Origin: a virus | Taxonomy: Duplodnaviria > Caudoviricetes | Virus record (IMG/VR): IMGVR_UViG_3300012665_000163 | Coordinates: 1-26,665 of that record | Direction: 5' to 3' (one strand) | DNA length: 26,665 nt | Shown: piece by piece, positions 9,383 through 17,228 of the stretch | Layout: each line of letters opens with the position of its first letter | Numbering within the stretch: the first letter of the stretch is position 1 | Notes under the pieces: generated by a model | The model's input: only the letters and a program-made list of their open reading frames with translations | Databases searched by the model: none | Told to the model about the DNA's origin: nothing | Made by a program: the position numbers and the translations under genes

Positions 9383-9892
9383 ATGCGCCTAGACAAATAC
9401 TCAAATCCTATCTTTAACGATGAAGATTTATTCAATGCCCTTTATCAAGGGCATGATTTTTCTGTTAATGATACTGTACTTGCTGATCGTACAGAAACAA
9501 TAAAACAACTTGAAGCACAATTAGGGTTTAAGTTTTTAGACCCATATGAAACTCATTTTGAAATAGCAGACTATGATGCGGCTTGCCAAAGTAACTGGAA
9601 CATGCCTGACGAATACAAAACACTAGATATTGAAAGTTGGGTTATTGAACAGACTCCGCCGTGGGATCCTCAAGCTACTAGAGTATCAGAAGAATTGGCT
9701 GCTTTTAAAGAACGTAATATGCTAGACTTGCTTCGCTGGCTAAAGTATTTTGTAGATACTATGCGGGCAAATAATCTAGTTTGGGGTGTGGGCAGGGGCT
9801 CGAGCGTGGCTAGTTACGTGCTATTTTTAATAGGCGTACACAAAATTGACAGCATCAAATATAATTTAGACTGGCAGGAATTCCTGAGATAA
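9383..9892 (+). CDS. DNA polymerase III alpha (DnaE)-like fragment
   Basis: RVSEEL…YFVDTMRANNLVWGVGRGSSVASYVLFLIGVHKIDSIKYNL matches the DnaE GRGS region. The protein is only 169 aa and ends before the PDxDxD catalytic motif. Confidence 0.8.
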   Translation: MRLDKYSNPIFNDEDLFNALYQGHDFSVNDTVLADRTETIKQLEAQLGFKFLDPYETHFEIADYDAACQSNWNMPDEYKTLDIESWVIEQTPPWDPQATRVSEELAAFKERNMLDLLRWLKYFVDTMRANNLVWGVGRGSSVASYVLFLIGVHKIDSIKYNLDWQEFLR

Positions 9893-9924
9893 GTAATAGT
9901 ATAATATAATCCAAGGAGATTAAA

Positions 9925-10200
9925 ATGGCAATGAAAGAACAACAACGAGCAGTTTACCGCAGTATGCAAGGTAAAGAAGTTGATATGGCTAAATTAGCTC
10001 TACAGAATGAAACAACTGTAGCAATTGGAAATGTGCGTGTAAATGCACGTGGCGATGAATTAGGCCCAGGCGGTCGTATTGTTAAAAAGCGTGAAGACGT
10101 TTTAAAAGAATACTATCAAGATCATCCACAAACAGTTCCAGACGAAGCACCAGTACGTGCTAAAAAAGTACAGGATATGGATCCGGAAGGCAACGAATGA
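9925..10200 (+). CDS. Hypothetical protein (91 aa)
   Basis: Strong SD AAGGAG. Motif AIGNVRVNARGDELGPGG. GATAAGTA motif variant at 9888-9895. Confidence 0.75.
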   Translation: MAMKEQQRAVYRSMQGKEVDMAKLALQNETTVAIGNVRVNARGDELGPGGRIVKKREDVLKEYYQDHPQTVPDEAPVRAKKVQDMDPEGNE

Positions 10201-10586
10201 ACAAAGTAAAAGGAAAAATTATTCCCCTACGTGACAACATAATTGTCACAGATATGAACTTTGATCAGCAAGTATCTAAAGGCGGCATTGTTATTCTTAG
10301 TGATGACGGCAAGTCAGAAGGTGTAAAGCCCAGATGGGGGCGAGTGTGGGCTGTTGGACCGTTGCAAAAAGATATAAAGATCGGAGAATGGATCTTGCTT
10401 GAACACGGTCGTTGGACTCGTGGCATTACAGTTGAAGATGAAAACGGTAATGATATCATTGTCCGAATGGTTGAAACTAAATCGATCATGATGTCGACAG
10501 ACGAGCGTCCAAGTGAGTTATCGTTTGGTAATGGTATTGACATGTCAAAGCCTACTGTAGATCCTAGTTCGTTCATTAGTATCTAA
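10197..10586 (+). CDS. groES: Co-chaperonin GroES (Cpn10)-like protein
   Basis: IIPLRDNIIV…SKGGIVI…GRVWAVGP…IKIGEWIL matches the Cpn10 signature. It carries a C-terminal extension of about 25-30 aa. Confidence 0.85.
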   Translation: MNKVKGKIIPLRDNIIVTDMNFDQQVSKGGIVILSDDGKSEGVKPRWGRVWAVGPLQKDIKIGEWILLEHGRWTRGITVEDENGNDIIVRMVETKSIMMSTDERPSELSFGNGIDMSKPTVDPSSFISI

Positions 10587-10603
10587 ATAGTTTGCATTTG
10601 AGC

Positions 10604-10632
10604 AATAGGGTTCTTTACGAACCCTATTTTTT
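10604..10632 (+). terminator. Intrinsic terminator after groES
   Basis: Perfect 10-bp stem AATAGGGTTC / GAACCCTATT, loop TTTAC, followed by a T-run. Confidence 0.8.
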
Positions 10633-10642
10633 CCTGTATAAT
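10614..10642 (+). promoter_or_regulatory. Sigma70-like promoter TTTACG-N17-TATAAT overlapping the terminator
   Basis: -35 at 10614-10619 (mostly in the hairpin loop), perfect -10 at 10637-10642, ATG 6 nt later. Confidence 0.6.
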
Positions 10643-10648
10643 AACTGT

Positions 10649-11071
10649 ATGACAACAGGATTTACTTGCTCTACTTTTGACCTATTCCATGCAGGTCATA
10701 TTATGATGCTCAAAGAAGCACGAGAACAATGCGACTATTTGTTAGTTGGGCTACAAACTGATCCCACTATCGATCGCAAAGAAAAGAACAAACCAATTCA
10801 AAGCGTATTTGAACGTTTTGTGCAACTAAAAGCCTGTAAGTATGTAGACGAAGTTGTAGTCTATGCTACAGAAAAAGAACTCCGTGACATATTGCTTTCA
10901 TACCCCATCGATGTTAGAATATTAGGAGATGAGTATCAGGGCAAAGAGTTTACCGGACACGATATCTCTATGCGGTTTTATTTTAATAGTCGCAGACATA
11001 GTTTTTCAACAACAGAATTACGTCAACGTGTAGTTGATGCAGAAAGGATTAAAAATGGAAATACAACCTAA
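10649..11071 (+). CDS. TagD-like (glycerol-3-phosphate) cytidylyltransferase
   Basis: STFDLFHAGH (HIGH motif), LLVGLQTDP, KYVDEV, RRHSFSTTELR. Start moved to ATG 10649 because the longer TTG start runs through the terminator. Confidence 0.88.
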   Translation: MTTGFTCSTFDLFHAGHIMMLKEAREQCDYLLVGLQTDPTIDRKEKNKPIQSVFERFVQLKACKYVDEVVVYATEKELRDILLSYPIDVRILGDEYQGKEFTGHDISMRFYFNSRRHSFSTTELRQRVVDAERIKNGNTT

Positions 11072-11222
11072 AGATACAAGCAAGGGACATTTTTATGTCA
11101 GTATTGTAAAAAGTGCTGTCCGCATTGTAGCAGGCGGCTGTTTGATTACAGGTAATTTGCTAATGGCAGGTGTTTGCTTTATAATGGCAGAAGTACTAGG
11201 AATTGTTGAGGAATTGGTATGA
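11055..11222 (+). CDS. Small membrane protein
   Basis: SD AAGGA before ATG 11055; hydrophobic C-terminal half; ATGA overlap with the next gene. Confidence 0.65.
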   Translation: MEIQPKDTSKGHFYVSIVKSAVRIVAGGCLITGNLLMAGVCFIMAEVLGIVEELV

Positions 11223-12142
11223 TGAAAGAACTATGGGTTGAAAAATACAGACCAGATACACTTGATGGGTATGTGTTTAAAGACGACCATCAAAAAGGTC
11301 AAATTGAAAACTGGATCAAAGATGGCAGTATTCCGCATTTGTTGTTTAGCGGTAATGCAGGTGTTGGTAAAACAACTCTAGCTAAGATCCTATTAAACAA
11401 ACTAGGTGTACAAGATAGCGATGTACTGTACGCAAACGGAAGTAAGGAAGGTCGTAAGATTGAATGGGTTGACAAGCTAATCATGTTCTGTTCAACAATG
11501 CCGTTTGGAGATTTTAAAGTTGTGCTAATTGACGAAGCAGACTATATGAACTTGCACAGCGTTCAACCTGCATTGCGTAATTTAATGGAAGACTATTCGC
11601 ATAGTGTTAGATTTATTTTAACCTGTAACTATCCGCACAAGATTATGCCTGCTGTACATAGCAGATGCCAGAACTTGCATATTGAAAAGACTGATCAAAC
11701 AGAGTTTACTGCTCGTGTTGCTACAATTCTTGTAGAAGAAAACATTGAGTTTGATTTAGATACACTAGATGCTTATGTTAGATCAACTTATCCAGACTTG
11801 CGTAAGTGTATTAACAACCTGCAGATGAACAGTATTGATGGGAAACTAACTATTAGAGATAGCAGTGGCGTTGATGATAGTTCAGATTATCGCGTAGAAA
11901 TGGTATCACTATTTAAAGCTGGTAAGATTAGTGAAGCTCGTAAACTTGTTTGCAAGCAGGCTAACCCAGAAGAGATGGAAGATATCTATCGCTGGATGTA
12001 TGATAACATTGATGTGTTTGGCGATGATGCTAAACAGGATAAAGCAATCCTTATTATTAAACAAGGGCTAGTAGATCATGCGGCTGTTGCTGATCAAGAA
12101 ATAAACTTGGCCGCTACACTAATTAGATTATCACATCTATGA
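11219..12142 (+). CDS. Sliding-clamp loader ATPase subunit (RFC small / T4 gp44-like)
   Basis: LWVEKYRP, Walker A GNAGVGKT, Walker B IDEAD, FILTCN, SRC motif, DLRKCIN. Confidence 0.93.
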   Translation: MMKELWVEKYRPDTLDGYVFKDDHQKGQIENWIKDGSIPHLLFSGNAGVGKTTLAKILLNKLGVQDSDVLYANGSKEGRKIEWVDKLIMFCSTMPFGDFKVVLIDEADYMNLHSVQPALRNLMEDYSHSVRFILTCNYPHKIMPAVHSRCQNLHIEKTDQTEFTARVATILVEENIEFDLDTLDAYVRSTYPDLRKCINNLQMNSIDGKLTIRDSSGVDDSSDYRVEMVSLFKAGKISEARKLVCKQANPEEMEDIYRWMYDNIDVFGDDAKQDKAILIIKQGLVDHAAVADQEINLAATLIRLSHL

Positions 12143-12579
12143 AAGAAAAGTTTGTAGATGCCTATATGGATGTTGCCGAACGCTTTGCTGAACTAAGTTC
12201 AGCACGTAGACTTCATGTAGGTGCTATTGTAGTCAAAGATGATCGTATTATCAGCATTGGCTATAACGGTATGCCTAGTGGTTGGGATAACAACTGTGAA
12301 GATACAATTCAACATAGCGATGATACTGTAACACTTAAAAGTAAACCAGAAGTACTTCATGCTGAAACTAACGCTATTGCAAAACTTGCTAAGTCTAACG
12401 AATCTGGTATGGGTGCTACTATGTTTATTACCCATGCTCCATGTTTGGACTGTGCCAAACTTATATACCAAAGCGGTATTGGCAGTGTTCTATATAGGAA
12501 CACTTATAGGGATACTAGCGGTATTACGTTTCTCGAACGATCAGGTATCGAAGTTACACAAGTGAAAAAGGGCTCCTAA
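12139..12579 (+). CDS. dCMP deaminase (ComEB/Cd family)
   Basis: VGAIVVK…GYNGMPSG, HAETNAI and PCLDC Zn motifs. Confidence 0.93.
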   Translation: MKEKFVDAYMDVAERFAELSSARRLHVGAIVVKDDRIISIGYNGMPSGWDNNCEDTIQHSDDTVTLKSKPEVLHAETNAIAKLAKSNESGMGATMFITHAPCLDCAKLIYQSGIGSVLYRNTYRDTSGITFLERSGIEVTQVKKGS

Positions 12580-12589
12580 GAGCCCTTTT
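12566..12589. terminator. Bidirectional intrinsic terminator between the convergent dCMP deaminase and phoH genes
   Basis: AAAAGGGCTC-CTAA-GAGCCCTTTT is a perfect inverted repeat with A/T tracts on both sides. Confidence 0.85.
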
Positions 12590-12599
12590 CTACATTCTA

Positions 12600-13322
12600 T
12601 TAGTCTCCATAAACCGCTAACACCTCCTTCACGGCATTATGGCGTTCAATGTCTCTTGCGCTAAATTCAACACTATCAATGTGTTTAAGTTTGCTGAACT
12701 TTTGCATTAGTTGGCAAAATTCTGACAGACCGTTATTATCAAGGCGATCGGCCTGATTCAAGTCTCCAGTTACAACCATTTTAGAATGTTCCCCTAATCT
12801 GGTCAATAGCATTTTCATTTGATTTTGTGTAGCATTTTGCATTTCGTCTGCGATAATATATGCGTTTTTAAATGTACGTCCACGCATATAGGCTAGCGGA
12901 CTAATCTCTATCACACCTTCTTCTAACATCTTGGCAATATCTTTTGCTTGGTAGTATTCTCCTAATACGTCAAAAATAGGTCTTGTCCACGGGGCCATTT
13001 TTTCATTCAGCGTCCCTGGCAAAAATCCTAGGTCTTCATCTACACTAACGGCGGGTCTTGTAACGATGAGTTTATCGACAATACCTTCTTGAAATAGCTT
13101 AATGCCAACTTGCACCGCTAACATAGTCTTACCCGTGCCGGCTGGGCCTACTGCAAATACGATACTTTTATTATCGTCTTGAAGCTTTTCTAGATAAGTT
13201 TGTTGCGTTGGATTACGTGCGTACAGGCTGACTCGCTGCTTTTTCTGTGGAAGATACGTATCGAAATCTATCACATTCACGTTCGAAGTAAAACGTTTTT
13301 TCACTCGGTTGTTTTTACTCAT
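12600..13322 (-). CDS. phoH: PhoH-family ATPase
   Basis: GPAGTGKT, LGFLPG, PLAYMRGRTF, DEMQN, TRLG, GDLNQ. SD AGGAG at 13333-13337 (- strand). Confidence 0.95.
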   Translation of the reverse strand: MSKNNRVKKRFTSNVNVIDFDTYLPQKKQRVSLYARNPTQQTYLEKLQDDNKSIVFAVGPAGTGKTMLAVQVGIKLFQEGIVDKLIVTRPAVSVDEDLGFLPGTLNEKMAPWTRPIFDVLGEYYQAKDIAKMLEEGVIEISPLAYMRGRTFKNAYIIADEMQNATQNQMKMLLTRLGEHSKMVVTGDLNQADRLDNNGLSEFCQLMQKFSKLKHIDSVEFSARDIERHNAVKEVLAVYGD

Positions 13323-13332
13323 TGTCTAATGT

Positions 13333-13406
13333 CTCCTACTTTGGGGAAAGTAGAACGACTGTAGTGACCGCCCGATAACTACCGTTCGTCCTACATAGTA
13401 TTTACA
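13333..13406 (-). promoter_or_regulatory. phoH promoter (TGTAAATA, 13399-13406) and structured 5' leader
   Basis: TAAATA core followed by nested stems 13350-13358/13386-13394 and 13361-13365/13378-13382, plus a competing stem 13336-13342/13347-13353 that touches the SD. Confidence 0.55.
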
Positions 13407-13449
13407 GGATTACTCTAAAATCAATGTAATATAGTATAAAAACGATACG

Positions 13450-13457
13450 GATAAATA
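13450..13457 (+). promoter_or_regulatory. Late-type promoter motif GATAAATA
   Basis: Exact motif in the divergent intergenic region, 24 nt before ATG 13482. Confidence 0.6.
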
Positions 13458-13481
13458 TTGTATAGAAAAGAGCCCTTCATT

Positions 13482-14069
13482 ATGCACGATATACTAGATG
13501 TAATTAAAAACGTACAGGACATTTACGAAAATAACACCAGCTTGGGCGTCTTAAAAGACTTCGAGCGTGTGTTAGACGAAATGGATGTTTATGTGTACAA
13601 AAACTGGTTAGACGGTGAACTAGCAGTAGGCCCTAGAGTAGAGCGCCATTGGATTAGCTGTGGCTTTATGTGGCCTGAAGATAAAATGCCCGATCCTAGC
13701 GGCGGCCGTAGATTATTAGAATTAGGTTGCAAAATTACCTATGAAAGAACACATCTAATTGAACCTATTAGAATTCGCAAGCCGGACGACTTTAGACCCG
13801 GTACTAAAAAGGGCAAATTAGAACATAAACCAGTTTGGCTTGTAACTATTACAATGCCGAAGAAACTTGCATTTGATGTGTACAAAGGTTACATGGACAA
13901 AATGAAAGGCGAAAGCGAAATAAGCGGACAACAGAAAGAAACAACTGCTACACCGATGGATGCGGCTGCAACGGCAGCAGGTGCAGGTCAAGCAGGTGGA
14001 GGGGCAGCTCCAGCGGCAGCTCCAGCGGCTGGGGGAGCTCCGGCAGCACCATCTCCAGTACCAGCATAA
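13482..14069 (+). CDS. Hypothetical phage protein with Ala/Pro/Gly-rich C-terminal tail
   Basis: ATG 13482 preferred over TTG 13458. Globular N-terminal part (FMWPEDKMPDPSGG) and a low-complexity tail AAPAAAPAAGGAP. Confidence 0.75.
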   Translation: MHDILDVIKNVQDIYENNTSLGVLKDFERVLDEMDVYVYKNWLDGELAVGPRVERHWISCGFMWPEDKMPDPSGGRRLLELGCKITYERTHLIEPIRIRKPDDFRPGTKKGKLEHKPVWLVTITMPKKLAFDVYKGYMDKMKGESEISGQQKETTATPMDAAATAAGAGQAGGGAAPAAAPAAGGAPAAPSPVPA

Positions 14070-14079
14070 GGATTAAACA

Positions 14080-14799
14080 ATGGCACTTAGAGCTAACGAT
14101 TTAAACGGGCTAGTAAAAGATATCTTTGAAATAGACTCGTACAAAAGTAAACTTGGAGACGATGAAGAAATTGTCGTTCTTAGTTTTACTGTCGACTACG
14201 AAGATGCGGCAAGTGATTTAGAAAACTTTCTTGAAATGGGCTACGACTTCATTATTGACTGCGATGTAACCTCAGGCGAAATGGATGATGGCAACTATCG
14301 GGTGTTTGTAGAGATCGAACGTAATCGTCACGTTGTAGAACAAATTTCAGAACTGTTAGACGGTATTCGTTTGATCACAGGCATTGAGCGTTTTAAATTT
14401 AGATACTACAAGAGCTTTAGAAGTTACGAAGCAACTGATGAGCATTTAGATTTAATAGTACCTAAAGACGGTCAATCTTATAAAGTTGCCACTAACGAAA
14501 ATAGGCTAAACAACTTTAGTAACTTTTTTAGTAACAGTTATGCAGACGATGTAACTGTAAACGAAAACAAAATATCTTTTAAACAAAAATCTAAAGAACC
14601 AATTGAATTTGAAATCATTGATGCTGGGCCGAAGTATCGCATCTATGAAGTAATCGAAGGTCCACTAATGTTTGAAAGCACAGACATTGCTGAAACATTG
14701 TTCCTTACAAAGTATATCGGTAATTACAATATTACAAAGATTAGCAATAAATTTATATTTGAAAACAGCGGTTATGCTGTAGCATTGGAGAAAAAATAA
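14080..14799 (+). CDS. Hypothetical acidic protein (239 aa)
   Basis: SD AAGGA, long ORF, TAATG coupling to the endolysin gene. Confidence 0.75.
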   Translation: MALRANDLNGLVKDIFEIDSYKSKLGDDEEIVVLSFTVDYEDAASDLENFLEMGYDFIIDCDVTSGEMDDGNYRVFVEIERNRHVVEQISELLDGIRLITGIERFKFRYYKSFRSYEATDEHLDLIVPKDGQSYKVATNENRLNNFSNFFSNSYADDVTVNENKISFKQKSKEPIEFEIIDAGPKYRIYEVIEGPLMFESTDIAETLFLTKYIGNYNITKISNKFIFENSGYAVALEKK

Positions 14800-15431
14800 T
14801 GGCGGGCGAATTTAATTTTAATTTTACAGAACATCACCTAGGTCAGATTATCCACGGTAATCCGTATGTTCCACAATGGTTTCACGCACTAAGTGAAATT
14901 CTTCCAGAGTACGAAATAAACACAGTTCAACGTGTTGCTGCCTTCTTGGCGCAAACTGCACATGAGTCTGGCGGATATCGTGCATTAAAAGAAAACTTAA
15001 ACTATAAGGCAGCAAGTCTACGTAAGGTATTTCCAAAATACTTTCCAGATGACACGATTGCCGCGGCATACGCTAACAAGCAAGAGATGATTGCCAATCG
15101 TGTTTACGGAAACCGCATGGGCAATGGTCCGGAAGAATCAGGTGACGGTTTCCGTTACTGCGGTCGTGGTCTAATTCAACTAACTGGTAAAAATAACTAC
15201 ATGTTATTTGCGGCAAGTATTGAAACTCCAGTGGAAGAATTGCCTGAGTATCTATCGACATTCGAAGGTGCTGTACAATCAGCTTGCTGGTTCTGGGAAA
15301 CAAATAATCTAAATCAGTGGGCAGATAAGGGCGATATCCTTACACTGACGAAACGTATTAACGGCGGTACTATTGGTTTAGAAGATCGTATTAAGCATTA
15401 TAATCATGCTTGTCATGTATTAGCAGAGTAA
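14799..15431 (+). CDS. Endolysin, glycoside hydrolase family 19 (chitinase-like)
   Basis: AAFLAQTAHESGG, ENLNY, ANRVYGNRMGNG, YCGRGLIQLTG, TKRINGG…GLEDR. Confidence 0.92.
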   Translation: MAGEFNFNFTEHHLGQIIHGNPYVPQWFHALSEILPEYEINTVQRVAAFLAQTAHESGGYRALKENLNYKAASLRKVFPKYFPDDTIAAAYANKQEMIANRVYGNRMGNGPEESGDGFRYCGRGLIQLTGKNNYMLFAASIETPVEELPEYLSTFEGAVQSACWFWETNNLNQWADKGDILTLTKRINGGTIGLEDRIKHYNHACHVLAE

Positions 15432-15433
15432 TC

Positions 15434-15625
15434 ATGAAACTACGAGAAATTCTTACACAACGTGAAGAGGTATCTGAAACTGCTAGAATGAGCGCGGCTG
15501 TTAAACTACAACGTGCCTGGGATCGCGAACGTGCTAAGTCAGATGCAAGTCGTGAACGTATGCGTAGAGAATTAGAACTAATAGCAAATCCTCCTAAAAA
15601 ACAAGAACCAGAAGAGAAAAAATAA
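15434..15625 (+). CDS. Small charged protein with MKLREIL leader (putative internal head protein)
   Basis: ATG 15434 lies just after the endolysin stop; TAATG coupling to the next gene; N-terminus shared with the 21888-25237 genes. Confidence 0.6.
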   Translation: MKLREILTQREEVSETARMSAAVKLQRAWDRERAKSDASRERMRRELELIANPPKKQEPEEKK

Positions 15626-16116
15626 TGAGCCAACTTACATGGATGATAGGATTAATTCCTGATGCTGTTTTAAATTGGGCTTACTGGGCCATCATTATTG
15701 CTGGTATTACAGGCGTGTTTGCAGGATGGTTAGGTAAATGGATTCCGTTTTATGGCAACTATGTAACAATACTAAAACCAATAGGTATTGTCTTACTGGT
15801 ACTAGGAGTATGGTTGCGTGGCGGCTATGATGTTGAAATGGCTTGGAGAGATCGAGTTTCCAAACTTGAAGAGCAGGTTAAACTAGCAGAACAAAAATCT
15901 AAAGAAACAAATACAGTTATAGAACAGCAAGTAGTTGAAAAAACTAAAGTAATTAAAGGTAAGACAGAATATATTACTCAGTATATTGATAAGGAAGTAG
16001 TTAAGAATCAAGAAATTATCAAATATATTGAAAACTGCCCCGTTCCTAAAGAGATAATTGATATTCATAATCAAGCCGCAGACTTAAACAAGGCAGCGGA
16101 GGGAACTAAAAAATGA
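15625..16116 (+). CDS. Inner-membrane spanin (Rz-like)
   Basis: Hydrophobic N-terminal helices, then a coiled coil and a C-terminal Cys (CPVP). Lies between the endolysin and a lipoprotein. Confidence 0.65.
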   Translation: MSQLTWMIGLIPDAVLNWAYWAIIIAGITGVFAGWLGKWIPFYGNYVTILKPIGIVLLVLGVWLRGGYDVEMAWRDRVSKLEEQVKLAEQKSKETNTVIEQQVVEKTKVIKGKTEYITQYIDKEVVKNQEIIKYIENCPVPKEIIDIHNQAADLNKAAEGTKK

Positions 16117-16379
16117 AATACACTTTATTAATTTTAGTAATGTTCCTTACAGCTTGTTCTACTCCTGTTCCAGTTAGTCAAAAATTCCCCGATGTACCAA
16201 AAGCATTGGTTGAAAAGTGTGATAGTCTTAAAAAAATCGAAGGCGACAAGGTTGCAATTACAGAAATGCTTAAGGTAGTTGTACAAAACTACGGTATGTA
16301 CTACGAATGTGCGGCAAAAGTTGACGGTTGGAACGACTGGTACCTTGAACAAAAACGTATTTACGAGAGTATAAAATGA
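16113..16379 (+). CDS. Outer-membrane spanin lipoprotein (Rz1-like)
   Basis: Lipobox LTAC, Pro-rich segment after the Cys (STPVPVSQKFPDVP), extra cysteines; ATGA overlap with the i-spanin. Confidence 0.72.
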   Translation: MKYTLLILVMFLTACSTPVPVSQKFPDVPKALVEKCDSLKKIEGDKVAITEMLKVVVQNYGMYYECAAKVDGWNDWYLEQKRIYESIK

Positions 16380-16603
16380 AAATTGCAGTTGGTATTATAG
16401 CAATCATGCTGTCAGGGTGTGCCGCTATGTCTAATCCAGAGGTTGAAAAATCTCTGTCTAGAGATAAAACAATGGAAAATATGGCTAAGGCGGCATTGAT
16501 CAACGATATGTTAAACAGTCCTGATGCTCATGTAAGAGCTAAGGGTGCTACTATTGCAGAAAAGTTTTTAACAGAACCAAAGAAGAATATATTTGGATTT
16601 TGA
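16376..16603 (+). CDS. Small lipoprotein
   Basis: MKIAVGIIAIMLSGC: signal peptide II with lipobox LSGC; ATGA overlap. Confidence 0.65.
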   Translation: MKIAVGIIAIMLSGCAAMSNPEVEKSLSRDKTMENMAKAALINDMLNSPDAHVRAKGATIAEKFLTEPKKNIFGF

Positions 16604-16610
16604 TTAAATA
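16603..16610 (+). promoter_or_regulatory. Late-type promoter variant ATTAAATA
   Basis: TAAATA core 25 nt upstream of ATG 16636, which has SD AGGAG. Confidence 0.45.
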
Positions 16611-16635
16611 GTAGTATATTAAGTAGGAGCGAGCA

Positions 16636-17199
16636 ATGGCATTGATAGATTCAGTATTAAATTTAGTAAACAAACAACCAAAGGATCCGGACGCACCTAA
16701 GCCACCGGTTGGTTCACGTAGCGAGCGTGAAGCAAAATTAAAAGACAAAGCAGGTATGGTTATTTCCATTTTTGCTCTGTTGTTAGCAGTTAACGCATGG
16801 TACGGCGGCAAGTTAGGTAGCACAGTATTAAACAATACACTAGGTGCTAACAACACTTGGGCACAGTATCAAGCCAAAGCAGGTCGTGGTGTTAGTTACG
16901 AAATTGCCGCAAAGACTACTGCTGATCCAAAACTAAAAGCAGAGTTCATGGCAGAGAAAGAGCGTATGGATAGCGATAAGAAAGAGATCGCTGAGAAAGC
17001 TCGTGCAATGGAAGCCGCACGTGAAGAAGCTAAGAAGTCTAGCCCGTGGATCGGTTACGCAAGTACCGCATACCAATTAGCAATTGTTGTGTTATCAGCA
17101 AGTATTCTTGCAGTTAGCATGGCCATGTTCTGGGGTAGTTTTGCGGTAGCAGGATTTGGAATACTGTTAAGCCTAAACGGTTTATTTTTGTGGTTCTAA
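16636..17199 (+). CDS. Membrane protein, DUF4337-like
   Basis: One TM segment, then ANNTWAQYQAK, a coiled coil, and two C-terminal TM segments (QLAIVVLSASIL). Family name recalled from memory. Confidence 0.65.
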   Translation: MALIDSVLNLVNKQPKDPDAPKPPVGSRSEREAKLKDKAGMVISIFALLLAVNAWYGGKLGSTVLNNTLGANNTWAQYQAKAGRGVSYEIAAKTTADPKLKAEFMAEKERMDSDKKEIAEKARAMEAAREEAKKSSPWIGYASTAYQLAIVVLSASILAVSMAMFWGSFAVAGFGILLSLNGLFLWF

Positions 17200-17228
17200 A
17201 CAAATAAAGACAAATAGGAGCGAAAACT

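Noticed and set aside
9892-10200. Possible frameshift, intron or intein continuation of the dnaE fragment
   Set aside because: I saw no PDxD motif or splicing-element features downstream, and the next ORF has its own strong SD and an unrelated sequence.
13336-13394. Structured intergenic segment considered as a tRNA
   Set aside because: No cloverleaf, T-loop (GTTCRA) or acceptor stem; better explained as the phoH leader.
13960-14066. GC-rich short tandem repeats (GCAGCTCCAGCG)
   Set aside because: Explained by the Ala/Pro/Gly low-complexity protein tail.
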